The notes under the pieces are model-generated. The model saw only the letters and a program-made list of their open reading frames with translations, did not search any database and was not told where the DNA came from. Shown in pieces: positions 22,805 through 35,446 of a stretch of 64,000 nucleotides of DNA (positions within the stretch are counted from its first letter, which is position 1; each line of letters begins with the position of its first letter). Source of the stretch: Puccinia triticina. Taxonomy: Eukaryota. A program made the translations under genes and the position numbers. Where the stretch lies: NCBI GenBank assembly GCA_026914245.1, contig CP110439.1:7936001-8000000 (forward strand). Direction: 5' to 3'.

Positions 22805-24173
22805 ACGGAAAAGTGAAAAATCAAAAGTTTTTTTCTCATACTTAGATTTACCCATACAAGGACTCAAGATAACCACAAATGGACCTCAGAAATGGATTCT
22901 ACGGCCAATCTTACCCCTAGTCACCACTGCAGGTGTCACTGGAACCCCTCTGGATTGGAACCTACACCTCTTTGGACCACTAGCCACCCATCACACGTGT
23001 AACATACCCAGTCACCAACCTGTCACCAGCCTTGAATCAAGGATCACAGCATTATGCTTATACACATCACAGGATACAAAAATACATCTCCCCATCAAAC
23101 TACAAGTCATTACATAGTATCAAGAACTCTTCTATTTCCATACTATGACATCATCCCACATTGACTCTGCAGCCTCAGACTTCATTTATGCACCCCTTGC
23201 ATCCACCTGTCAAACTATGCAGTCTACTGTCACTTTACACAGCCTTCATGCGGCCCTACTGCATGCTTCTGACATTGTTTATATACTCCTGACATATTAT
23301 GACATCATTTGTATCTACTCCCACCAGCTAAAATCCCTCACCCTGTTGTCTAGATTAGTTGAAACCCTAATCCACAAGCCCCTCTGGGGGCTCCACTTTG
23401 TCTATAAAAGGAGGTCTCTCCATCCCCAGTGGTCTGCTCTCCAGTTCATCACTCACCCATCACAGTCACCACAACAGTCAAACTTACCAATTATAACCAA
23501 CCCTTATATAAATCTTCAGCTCTATACCTTGTCAATCAAACAACTTGTCTTGAGCCAACCAACCCTATCATTTTGATTAAAACTTGCCAAGCATACCTTG
23601 GTGGGGCTTGTTATCTGATAGCAGAAGGGCAGAGCTTGCAACTCCATCATCCCCTTCACCATTCAGCAAAAGGGTTTCACAACCACTTTTGAGTCTTAAA
23701 ACAATGGCTGAGAGGTTGAGTGGACCAGCTGGTATCAAGGTTGTGGAGAGCAGCAAGAATCCAAATGAGGTTGAAGGCCCAGTGGGGGAATATTTAAAGG
23801 GAGGGGGGGGAGAGGACAAAGGCCAGGGGATCTGGTTTTGTCCTACCCCCTCCCTAGAGCTGCCCTAATTATTTGATTAGGCCCTCTTTGATGTACAATT
23901 TGACCAATCCCTTTTTGCATGTTGCTGCGGCATGGGCTGGGGGGTCAATCCAAGGTTCCCTCTGGGGTGTTTGGGGATTATTTTCAATTTTAAATGTAAT
24001 TCAATGTAATTAATAGTGCCTTTTGCTAAAGAACACACGCCAAAACTTAGATCTAAGTTTCTGTGTTTGTGTGAATTCAATAAACTTGGATTTTCTTACA
24101 GGGCCTTGTACCTTGTGAAAAACACTTTGTAAAATTCAATATCCCCCTACAGCGGGGTACATAGCCAAGGATC

Positions 24174-24406
24174 CACTGCAAGAAAAATTTGTGCAACTGA
24201 CAGCAGTTGATATGCAAGATACTTCTGTGTAACATTTCTCCTAGCTCCACCCAAGCACTCAATAGTCTTTTGTTGCACAGTGACTGTGCATCATGCACTG
24301 AAGCTTGGTTGACAAAAGCCTTGACAAAGGCTTGAGTAGCACCACAACCTTCCCTAGTGATCTTGCACGTCAACTGCTTGCAGTTGCGCAACTTTTTCTT
24401 GCAGTG
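24174..24406. mobile_element. CACTA-type MITE, same family as 13198
   Basis: cactgcaagaaaaa...tttttcttgcagtg. No TSD retained. Confidence 0.8.
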
Positions 24407-25244
24407 GGAGGGACTGATGAAAGCGAGATGAAACACTTAGTGACCGGGTCACTAATTTACAAACAATTCAGTTCATACCTCATCGATATTTGTAACCAAG
24501 CAGCTTGATCCAATCCATATTACAATCAATATTCCGTCCAAGTCTACCGTAATTAAACCCAGCACCCCGAGGCCAGCTGGAAGGACATGATCTGAAGAAA
24601 TGACGCAACCAAAAGTATCAATTCAATCTTCCTCTTGGCCTAAATGCCTTTTATCAAGCAGAATGTTTCCGGAGCTGTTTTCAAGCAAGTTTTGTGTCCC
24701 CTTGTGACCAAGTTGTAACCACGGTCAAAGGAGGAAGAAATTTCACGCTGTAATCTTTTCCTGTTCTTTCAAGATGATTGACATAAAAAAAGTGACAGGT
24801 TGGTAAATAACCTGAAGTTCTTCGCCTGAATAAAGCGCTGGGATCTATGAGAAAATTCATTTTGGGGTTCAGTTCGAAGCTCACTCAATTCGGGCGGCAC
24901 GATTTTTGAACAGCAGTCGTTACCTTATCTGAGACCATAATGATTTTCAATGTCCATCGAGTTAGGTGGACTACGTGGCGCCCATATATTAAGTGCTCAA
25001 CCATTCTCGGGTGTGACAATACCGAGTAGGTGTAGTAGGCCTCGCTCTCCAGGGAGACATAATAATATCAATAACCACGGGCAACCTCAACACCTAATCC
25101 TGCTCGCGGATGGTTGCTTCCTCCCTTGAAGGTATGTTTCTTAGTCCGATATTTTTGAGTTAATACTTTTTCCGCTGTGCTTCTGTTCAACATAAATTTT
25201 TATCTTCGAAGGTGTCCCGAAGGTCTAAGAGTCACGACCCAAAC

Positions 25245-27170
25245 ATGCCTCCACGATTGGTCTTCTTTCTAGCATATCAACTGCTGGCGTATTCATCCCT
25301 TCTTAATTTTGGATTATCTTCACCTATTCAGAATGTTGAGGTGGTTCCACTTGCAAATAATGGAGAAACAACTTCTGCAATCGTGCTACCAACCGGGGCT
25401 TTAAATAACAAAAACAAATCTACGCTTGGAACCGGAACGGATGGGAAACCAGTCAGCTTGATAGAAAAGGGTGAAAAAAACTCTGATAACAAAGCTCTAT
25501 CACTGGATTCTTCTACCTCTACATCCAGGCTAGTTAACGCCGAAAAAGTAACTTCAACAAGTCTAACGCAGCAAACAAACGTGAATGGCACTCAAGATCA
25601 GATCGCAAAATTACTAGGTAAGCAGACCTTTCTGCTTTTGGTTCATACAAAAGAAAGGCCTGTGAAGCCTTTTGAAAATCCTCTAACTTCTGTTCCTATC
25701 ATTGTGCCGTCAGAGCGACCGTCGAACGGAAAGTCGTTCTTTGCTGATCAAACAACCACCACACCAACTCCCAAACCAGAAGGAAACCAAGAAGAGAAGA
25801 AGAAAACCAACCCAGCAGGCTTGGTTGGCGAGCTAAAACCCCCTGTAGAAAATACTGGACAATTCCCTGCCGTCAAATTACTATCTGAAAAGCCATTAGT
25901 TACCTCTCCCTCAGCAGATCAGGAAACAATAACTGCCGAAGGAAAAGCCTCGGTCGAACCGAAAGCTGAATTACTGGCACCAAAATTATCATCTCCCCCA
26001 GTTGATCTGAAGCCGGTCGAGCTAAAGCCCCCAAAAGAATCCAAACAGAAGCAAGTCGTTCCAGCGAAGAAGGATGGTGGTGAAGCAAGCAAGAAACCTG
26101 AAACTGCGGAGATTAACACGGAACAATTGCGAAAAGATCCGAAAGGAAGCGCTCCCAAGCCTAATGAAATAAACCTAATAGGAAAAGATATCAAGCCGCT
26201 ATTAGAAAAACCTACCTCAACCGTAGATCCCACAGATGAAAACGCTGAAGGACCCGTACTTCTGTCATTGGGACGAATAACAGACGAAGAACCGAATGAA
26301 ACAGAATCTAAAACTGGCCGTGGTGCAAAAAAGGCGGACGCAGAAAAGAATGCCGGTTCACGGAATGATCCACAAGAAGCTAGTAAAATTCAGAGCGGGG
26401 GTGCCCATGGAAAAAACCCCGAAGATAAACCACAAAAATCACTTCCAACAGTCGATTCTGCCAAGGATTTGGGGCCAGAACCCGCCCCAAAGGCTCCGCC
26501 TCCCACGGCACCTAAGGCTACCACACCTTCCCCTCCTCCACCCGGAAAAAGTGCACCTGGACCAGAGTCCCCAGACTCAAAAGAAAAATTTCCCGAGGCA
26601 CAACACATGCGAATGGCTGGGAATACAGCCAATACTTTGAGCGTCGTTCAAGGGGGATCTAACTCGACAGCCGCAAAGGAGTCAGAAGGTCCCCCAGAAG
26701 AGAAAAGCCAAAGCAAATTGTTGATTTACATTGGTGCTGGTGTGGTCGGATTCCTCGTCTTACTTGTCAGCTTCATACTTTTTGCAAAGAAGAAGCAAAA
26801 GAAAGAGAAAAAAATCCCCGGGGGAGTTCAGTCTGAAATCCCTGTTGAATTTGGATCCGGTGAAGGGGCAAGCCAGATCACCACACCATTATCACCACCA
26901 ATGAGTTTGAATGGAAAGAGCGAACGCGGTATTCCTGTGGCGCTTCCAACTCCACGAGGGGATCAAGACTTGATGGGAGGAAAGTCTTTCAGCCGACAAC
27001 TCCGGGGAAGTACTGGCTACGAAAGGAACTACTCTACAGGCTATGGAAGTGAATATGGTCGAGACCAGTATGCCCAAGATGCAGGCTCAGCTTATGATGA
27101 AAGTGAGTTCTATGATAATAGTAGATATAGAGGAGGCCGAGACCAGGAGAATCGGGGGAGAGGTAAGTAG
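25245..27170 (+). CDS. Single-exon type-I membrane protein (641 aa): signal peptide, low-complexity P/K/E/T/S ectodomain, one TM helix, Tyr-rich tail
   Basis: ATG at 25245 (MPPRLVFFLAYQLLAYSSLLNFGLSSP). TM LLIYIGAGVVGFLVLLVSFILFA is followed by KKKQKKEKK. Probable 5'UTR intron gtatgt...gaag at 25132-25211. Confidence 0.85.
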   Translation: MPPRLVFFLAYQLLAYSSLLNFGLSSPIQNVEVVPLANNGETTSAIVLPTGALNNKNKSTLGTGTDGKPVSLIEKGEKNSDNKALSLDSSTSTSRLVNAEKVTSTSLTQQTNVNGTQDQIAKLLGKQTFLLLVHTKERPVKPFENPLTSVPIIVPSERPSNGKSFFADQTTTTPTPKPEGNQEEKKKTNPAGLVGELKPPVENTGQFPAVKLLSEKPLVTSPSADQETITAEGKASVEPKAELLAPKLSSPPVDLKPVELKPPKESKQKQVVPAKKDGGEASKKPETAEINTEQLRKDPKGSAPKPNEINLIGKDIKPLLEKPTSTVDPTDENAEGPVLLSLGRITDEEPNETESKTGRGAKKADAEKNAGSRNDPQEASKIQSGGAHGKNPEDKPQKSLPTVDSAKDLGPEPAPKAPPPTAPKATTPSPPPPGKSAPGPESPDSKEKFPEAQHMRMAGNTANTLSVVQGGSNSTAAKESEGPPEEKSQSKLLIYIGAGVVGFLVLLVSFILFAKKKQKKEKKIPGGVQSEIPVEFGSGEGASQITTPLSPPMSLNGKSERGIPVALPTPRGDQDLMGGKSFSRQLRGSTGYERNYSTGYGSEYGRDQYAQDAGSAYDESEFYDNSRYRGGRDQENRGRGK

Positions 27171-28937
27171 TGTATCTGTCCATAGTTTAACTGTGCCATC
27201 AAACCAATATTTCATTACAATTCCGCCATTCAGTGGACTCATTTCCCAGTCGAAGATCCTCAGGTCGAGCATCACCCAGGTCGGAGAAGGGCAGGTTTCC
27301 ATATAACCGAAGGTCAGCACACTTTTCTTTCTCTCCCATGAAGTGAATCACAGCTTCTTTGGGCAGAATACTTATAAAAACTCTTATTTCCCAATACCTT
27401 TTTCAAAAATAAATAAATCATAATCAACAAATAAAGATGATTGAGAAAAGTATTGAAAGTGAAATATGAGCCTACAGACAATACTCAACCCTTAGAAAAT
27501 ATTGAGAGAACTCGTCTCATTATAATTTCAATTTATTTTCTTTACAATCTGTTGCAAATTTCACCTGTAAATGATTCTCCAATTTTATTTGAAGAGAAAA
27601 AAAACAACCATTGAAGCTGGTATTCCAATGGCTTTACATCACTTGTCTCAGACATACAATTATTCACCTGGGAATCAAAATTCATCATCCTTCTAAAAAT
27701 GACTTTTGTGAATGTATATAGAATCAAATAAGAACAAAAATATGTCATGGCTCATACTGCTGATCAGTATTACTCATAATTCAATGATTACAAGCAGGAA
27801 TAAAACTTTGATCAAAATTGAGAAAGTAAATTTGGGAAAAGTATAAAACTTGCAATGGCACTGTTATGTGCCACAAAGTTCTTATGAGAATCAATAACTT
27901 TTTGATGGGATGTTTGAAATTCCAGTCTCAGAAACTAGTGAATTAACTGAAGGCTTTTTTGTTTACTGACCCGCCTGAAAAGTTTACATTTTGCACGCAG
28001 GCTGCCAAGGGGGTTGTATTGGTTACAAACCCCCACAGTAAGGTCAAAAGGGGGCAACCAATGTAAGATTGGTCTCTCGGACCAACATTATATTGGCCGG
28101 GCCCACCGCTACATTACCCCTTTGTTGTAATGTATCAGTGGACCCACTGCAACAATGGGCCGCTGCGCTATTTGAGCGCTACGTGTTAGCGTAGCAGCGC
28201 TTTTTTTGGGCCAGTAATCCGCAGCGTTAACGGGATTTTACAGCGTTAAAAAAAATAAGCTGTAGCGTGGCTTTTTCTACTGCGCTCGTCAGGTCATTTT
28301 GGAGGCGTCCGTTCAAGTCCGGGACCAGTGATTACTGAGTGCACTGTTGGCATCCGATTGATTCTTGGCAGGGACATCTGCGAGGTCGGCGACCAAAGTG
28401 CGTAAATTAGGCGCTGGTGGGGGGACGCACTCTGGGATGGGGTCAGGCTATCGCGGCCTGCTGATCGCATCGCGCCGGTTGATACGCAGTATGTATGTGG
28501 AACATGGATAACCAGACTGTGCGGGGAGAGGCGCAGAAAGAAACAGAAGAAACATATTCACAACAGACAAGAGAGAGCAGGTACAATAGAATTAACAAAA
28601 ACATGATAGCATGCGAGAGAAAATGATCTTCTTTGGGTGGAGTGAGAAGCAATATGAGATTATAGATAAGTCAGGAGGGTTGAGTTTGGAGGTGAGCCGT
28701 TGAACAGATGAACCGATTTTTTTCTTTGGGGAAACGCACGATACACAATTAATTTACAGACCAACTATATAACAGGTAGGAAAGCGATAGCGAGAAATAC
28801 AAGGAAAAGTAAGGTGCTTTTTCAAGAGATAAGAGATTAGGGATGGTAATAACCTTAGGGGTATAAAATTTACACATGATTCTTAATACGGATGCGGAGG
28901 AATGCTAGTGGTTCTGGGTTGAAGACTCGTTCTGTGC

Positions 28938-31067
28938 TCAAGTCGGAACTTCTTCAAAGGATCGGGGTTGGGGCGGAAGAGGACGGTTATATGCTGAGCT
29001 GGGAATTTGATGATATTGTAGATGCAGTTTAGGTTGGTGAAGAGGTTGATGGGATTGGTAAGATTGATGATGAGGATGAGGATGATGGTTGACCAAGATG
29101 CCGGTGCCATGGAACGAATCGTGGTGCTTTGGACGATAGATGATTGGGGGACGATGTTCATCGACGACTTCGGGTTCTGGATGTAATTGGACGGAGCGAT
29201 GCTGGATCGGAGGTGTAGCAGCGGTAGTCTGCATATTTGAGAGCGACAGAGCATTCGTGGCTACTACTTCTGCGATGTTTCCCCCGCGTTTCAGATGTTG
29301 TTTAGCCTGATGCAGAGTCGGATCCTCTGGAGCTTGCTTGGAATGGCTTTCGGTGGGTGGTGGTCCGGCGGTCCTTGACCCGGCTTCTATGGCCATGGCC
29401 AAATCGGAAATGATGCTAGGAGTTCCCAGTTGAAATGTCTGTCCATCCCGGCAAGAGTTCCTTGCGAAGTTGGCGAGCTCATACCTTGGGTATTTGCGTT
29501 GGATGAGCTTTGGGTCCTCATGCATACCTTTGGGGTAGTCGATATAACCAGGTGCAGCTAAACGTGTTTGTGTCATTCCGGTAAAAAAGGCGCATCAATG
29601 AATGAACAATGGTGCTTGTCAAAAGAAGATTGACTATCCGTACCATAAAGCTCCTGGCCTGTACCGGCCTGCTGGATAAACTTGATGACATCCTGGGCAG
29701 TGTTGCATCGCTCGACAGCCTTACGCAGGTTCTCAGAATGCTGGTGTCCGGGTATGAGTGGCAAGTTGAGTTAGGTGGATAACCTTGAGAGACAAGTCTC
29801 AGGGAGTATATACAGCTATCCTTGACTGACCTCATCCTCCAGCATGCAGATTGTTGAGAGGCCATTGGCGAAATCCCACAGAGAACTTCGAACGAAATCG
29901 ATTCGATCCTCCTCTAGATCTTGCGTCAACTGTTTCAAGACAGAAAAAAGGAGCGAAGAGCGATTAGCTTGTGAGGGATTGACTCTGCGAAGATAGCAAA
30001 AGCGGATCATTAAACCAACATCACAAAACGATTTCCATTGTAAGTTCCAGCTCTCGGTAGTTTCCTCAAGGTTCTGTGTGAGCACCCGATATTCCTTTTC
30101 TATTGACAAATCAGAGCACACGCAAATGTTGGCAAAGCAGCCTGACTTTTCAAAGCAGCCTGACTTTTAATGAGGCAAATACCAGAAAACCTACCCGTGA
30201 TCCCGATGCTTCCTTGAGCTTTGTCAAGTTTAGCAGAGACTTTGTCCAATTCCCTCCCTTGAACGAGGTGCATTTGTGCGGCGTAACCGCTGACAGCAAT
30301 GGAATCTGTCTCAAATCGCTTCCGAGCCTGTGGAGTAGAAACATTTTGATGAGCCATAGGCGACAGAAACGCTTGGATAGGAACAGGAAGATGGGTGCAC
30401 CTTTTCTTGTAATATTTTGAGCTCTATTATTCTTTTGTGTAACTTTTCAATAGAAGCTTGCGGCTGGTTTAATGCAGAAGAAAGGAAGTTGTTTGTATCA
30501 GCTGCGGCTGATTAGCCGAGTGGAGTAGATCCGGGTGTCGACAATAAAGTGCAGAATGCCTCCTCCGGAGTCCCCCTAGGGAAAGGGAGACGAAAAACAA
30601 AAACTGACATTTTTTCGAGCACCTTCACGTTTATTGATGAACTCAATAGTTTTGGCTTCCAAGCTGGTCTTGAAAGTGCCACTTAATTCGGCATGACAAT
30701 GGGCTGATTTAGCGGTAGCTTCACGAAGGCTATCCAACCCGAGTTGAAGACCGTCACTTTCAAATCTAAGCAGTTGGAATAAATTTGACTTCGATAGTTT
30801 TTGAAGTTTTTTGGAATAATCTGCTTCGATTAATGCTCTCTCTTTGTACCAATTCTTCAGTTCCTCCAGCATCCGGGTTGACATCTTCGTTTTCTCCGTT
30901 AGAATTTCGTATCCTTCTTCTCCCCAAAACGAATTGCAGAACTCTTTAGCTTTGATCGCTTGGCGGTGTTGATAAGGAAGACCTTCGGCTTTGTTGTCGT
31001 TGGTCGTCTGTGCGTGAGCATTTCCATGGCGCTCTGAGCGATGCAACAGCTTCCCGAATCGGCCCAT
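28938..31067 (-). CDS. F-BAR/FCH domain protein (Cdc15/Imp2/Hof1-like), about 7 exons
   Basis: FCNSFWGEEGYEIL...YKERALIEADYSKKLQKLS and QDLEEDRIDFVRSSLWDFANGLSTICMLEDE...ENLRKAVERCNTAQDVIKFI, with GT-AG introns between the ORF pieces. Confidence 0.85.
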
Positions 31068-32650
31068 ATCCTCCCTACTGTCTTTTGGTTCGAAGATCTA
31101 GGTCGAGGGTGTCGAGATCGATCATGCGCTCACTCTCCTTGTTATCTTGAAACGAATATGGTGTTTGGGTTTATGACTGGTGTAAATGATTTAGACGCGT
31201 CGGGTGATTTAGATGTGTCGGTTGCTTCGAGCGCTTTCGGAAAGTCGATGATGAGAAGCGCGGAGAGTCCTGGACGTGTTGGTTATTCGAACTTAACAGA
31301 AGTCCCTCCTCGGGGGAGCGTAAGCTATCCTTTCTCGTGGTTTCCTTAATTGGAGGACAGACGAGTATGAGTATGGAAACTGGGCAAACATCCACCCTGT
31401 TGACGACTGAAGATACCATAAACAACCAGCTGCTGGGACGGTCTGAGCGGATTGAAGGGAAGTCTGACAGTTTTGAAGGTTTTGAACTCTCAAAGGAGTC
31501 ACAGAAGTCCGAACAAAGGTTGAAGTGTTCGAAAAACAAATCGACGCGTCTTCTCAATCAAACTCCGCGACAGCAGGGCAGTCAAAAACTCTCAACAAGA
31601 ACCTTAATGAGCATGGGTGTTTCGCAAGCAAGAGTCAAAAGCTAAAAGACAAAAGTAAACTTTTTAAGTGTCACTTTGGTCAAAGGTTTTCCCGATCGTA
31701 CTCTCAAGCGCCAGAACTGGCAAGCACATGAAAAGAAAAGACACGTACATAAGGTTTTGATGGTAAGGAAAAAAGGGAAACCTTGCAGCTCTTACTGCAT
31801 ATTTTTGGTAATCTCTGGTGAAGCGGCAACGCGCATTGGTCGTCGGGCGATTTGCTGTAACCACTCGCCGTAGCTAGGATGGATGCTCGGAGGGGCTGAA
31901 CAAACCCCGTAGAGTTTTCTCAGACTCTGGAATGCTGGCTCGCGATTGCTTGACAACAATAATTCTGAGTTCTTGATGTACCTGGCTAATCCTGATGGAA
32001 TCTCCTATCCTGCGAGCTTTAAATGATTTTGGTGCAAGATGTGTAAGGAGGGGTTTTTAGCTCATATGTATGAGCATATTTATGTAACTCCGCGACGCAA
32101 GAGCCATGATGTTTGAAGGAATTGCGCTCGTCAGCTCGGTCCAGGCTGGTCCGGGACAATCTTTGAGCCAATAGTGGCGGAGGTTGAACCTATCCATATT
32201 CTTGCTTCATCCTTGCATGGAATCTTCAAATGGAACCCAGAAGTATGTGTGTTCAATATTCTGAACCGTTGGAACCAGACATAGTAGCTTGCCCTTTTCA
32301 TAGTCTATGTATGTATGCATTGCGGCCAGCCAACACGGATTTCCAATTACTCAAGACGGATCAACTGTTTTGATTGCTTGTAACGTCGTTTTCACTCCGG
32401 TGGAAAGACAACCAAAAAAAAGGGTATTCCAGTGTTTTGATAATCGGCTTGGACTTATTCATGTACGCATGTATGCTTCTATTACTTTATTGGTTCTGAC
32501 AGGAGGGTTTACAAGACAACAAAAAGGCACAAGACAAGGGGGATAGATAATCAACGATGTAAAAAAAAACAGGTGAAGGAGAAGAATGGGCGAGGATGGG
32601 GATGAACAAGCCTATACGGAAGTAATAGGAGATCAACAAAATACGACACT

Positions 32651-33565
32651 TCAGTAACGACGCCGGTCATAATCGCGGTCATCTCGGCGACGGTCAAATC
32701 GGTCATGATCTCTCATCGGGCCGGCATAGCCGTAGCGATCATAGCTGGGCACACGATCATCGTACCGGTACCTCCGGTCTTCATAATCGCGACGGATCGG
32801 GTACCGACCGTCATCGTAGTCCCTCCTGAGTCGGTCGTCGTATCGCCGGTCGTAGGGATCATAGCGGTAAGGGTACCCCCCGCGAGGCTCGTAAGATCGA
32901 TGAGGGTCATCGCGCTTGGCTGGCCCACGGTACTGCCCGGCTGGAAACCAGACACAGACACACGATCAACTTTCAATCAATGTATGCACAGAAACGTTGT
33001 CTGTGGGCTGGGCTGTTTGATAATAGATGTTCACTCACGAGTGGGTGTCCTTCCCCGGGCCCGCCGGGCTTTTTCGACAGTGAGTGTCTTGCCCAGGAAT
33101 TCGGTTCCGTGCAACGAGCTGATTGCTATGTCTGCCTGTTCACTGGTTTCCATCGTCACGAATCCAAAGCCGCGGATCTCTCGAGTATGCGGGTCGCGCA
33201 TCAGTTGGGACTTGGTAACCTTGATCGACCAACGGAGAAACACCTCAGTTGGTCGATCATTTCCTTGGGTACTTCCGGTGTATAAGGGGGTGAAAGCGGG
33301 AAACTTACGGTACCATACTTCGAAAACAGATCCTCCAGATCTGGATCGTCTGCTTTGAGACTGATTCCAGAGACATGTATGTTGTTTCCAGGGTTAGCAA
33401 CATCCGAAGAGCTAGAATAGATTAAGAGATAGATAATAATAACAGGTGATCAGTGAATAATTGGTAGGAGGTCGTGTTGGTTAGGATTTACCGTCCGCGA
33501 TCGGTGGTTTGAGAGCCGTTAGCGGGGCCAATCCGGTCGCCCAAGGGGCTGCGGCTCCTTTCCAT
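32651..33565 (-). CDS. RRM protein with R/D/Y-rich C-terminus (Tra2/SR-related RNA-binding protein), multi-exon, N-terminus uncertain
   Basis: NPGNNIHVSGIS...LEDLFSKYG, MRDPHTREIRGFGFVTM (RNP1), VEKARRARGRTPT|PGQYRGP, tail DDRDYDRRRY*. Confidence 0.85.
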
Positions 33566-35446
33566 GTTCCCAGTTCGAGCCGGGCTAGCCGATCGGCCTT
33601 CTCGTCCGGGAGGGTTGTATTGTTCAGGGTCGTGTGTGTTAGTGGATTGATCTGTGACAGAAGGTCCGTTGGCCCAATCTGGAAGGGGTGTCGGACGAGG
33701 GGAGGAGGGGCGAGAGGGGTAAGTGAGACTGGCTGGTCAAGGTCAAGGCGGGTGGTGATCTAGCAGGCGTGGGTTGACAGCTGGCTGGGTTGAGTTGGCT
33801 CGCGGGCAGTGTATATTCAAGACATGCATGGCGGAGGTGGCGATGTTGGAAGGCAGCCACTGAGAAAGAGCTAATCAAGGAAGCAGGTAACTGATGGTGC
33901 TGATTGGACTGTAGGATGAGGTGATGATGATGCCAAAGGTTGACGTGCTAAAATGTGTTTGTCTAAAAAAGGAGAGTGGCAAAGGAGATAAATCAAATGA
34001 AATGGGATGAAGTAGAGCAGTCGAAAACATGAGGATTATGAGGATGAGACTGTGGCCAACATGGCTCCAGTAGATTGAGGGGGGGAGAGGCAGAATGAAG
34101 TTTAGGAAGAAGGGATAAGTGGCGAGGCAGCGCCGACTAGGATGTGCAGATTATCTGCTGCTAGACTGCTGCACGTGAAAGAAGGGGGATATAATGGAAG
34201 AGGAATGGCCGAACCTACCCTGCTGAGACATCCTGGGCGGTGTTCGATGGGGCAACTGTGAGTTGGTTCGGTGTGTGGGGAGTCGGAAAGCTGGATCACC
34301 GTAGAGCCGTTTGCCGCAAAAGGCTCGGAGAGGCAATCGGAAGTTACTTCGCAGGAGTTGGGCTGGAACCGAGCGGACCTGGAGCGAGGGGAGAGTCCAG
34401 ACAGCCCGCTCGCCCGCGCTGTGGGCGCCCCAACGAAAGGAGAGCACGCGCTCGTTGCCACCCGGGACCACCCGGCTTTTCGGGGGCGCTGCAGTTACCG
34501 CTGCGCTATGTACCGCCCAAACAGCAATTTTTGATGGGCACCCACTGATTTTATGCCGCCGCTGATGGCTATGTGGCAAATTTTTCTCTCTCTGAAGTGT
34601 TAGCGCAAGGAAATGACCACCACACTATTCTCCTTATACCTTTGAAATCACCAGGATGCGATAAAGCTTCATTCACTCTTGTACTTGACTTGTCATTTTA
34701 CTGATCTACTTCTGATTGTTTCTGTTGGATCTAATTGCTTCTGTTGACACCCTGTATGGACCGGGCTATTATGGATGCAAGACAGTGTCCAATTTGGGCT
34801 CAAAATATGTGTTCAATGGTACCATGTGGCATTGCGGCCGGTAGTCATGGAATTAACAAAAACAAATTAAAACGAGAGTTATCAAAGGGAAAAAAATCAA
34901 GAGCACAGCCAAATGTCAAGAAAAACAAAAACAATCAAACATTACCCAGCCCAACTACGATAACGGATAGATTAGTTCAAGAGGTCCAACTCCAAACGCC
35001 TCCTAGAGTTGATAAAATATTTTTTTCTGTTTGTGTTTTTTTGATGAGTAGACAAGAAGATCGGAGGAACCGATGTGAGAAGATAGAGTGGAGATTGTGG
35101 AGCAGCACAGAAAGTTGGAGGGACGATGATTATGGAAGGCGAGCCAAAAAAAAAAAAAAACTACAGGTGTAACAGCGACACGATACAGAAATTTAGACGA
35201 TGAGGATTGATGCGGAGTTCTGGGGATGAAAGAGACAAAGACGGATTGAAAGCTCATAGAGCGAAATGATCGCAACTACGGGACTATTACAGAATGTGAG
35301 ACATCATTACGGGAGCAAAGCTCTAAACTACCACGCCTTCCGAGGATGTGGTCATCATCCAGCATCAGAACAGAGGTTAAGTGTGTACACGTCAGGGTAT
35401 CGCATGTCGAAATCAAGAAACCCTTTCCGAGAGGAACGCTGACGAC

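Larger units (their letters stand above)
20293..23703 (+). mobile_element. Solo-LTR-like element of the 8201 family, split after its 12th base by two stacked insertions; TSD ATGG
   Basis: tgtggtag-acgg (20293-20304) resumes as acgg-aaaagtgaaaaatc at 22805, matching the start of the 8201-9164 element read on the minus strand. Ends gagtcttaaaaca. atgg at 20289-20292 and 23704-23707. Confidence 0.8.

Noticed and set aside
30132..30168. 18-bp tandem duplication caaagcagcctgactttt
   Set aside because: Simple intronic slippage duplication with no further structure.
31171..31557. Ser-rich ORF upstream of the F-BAR gene as its N-terminus
   Set aside because: An in-frame stop precedes ATG 31067 and no convincing splice join was found.
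32705..33358. 217-aa plus-strand ORF
   Set aside because: Antisense shadow of the RD-rich RRM gene.
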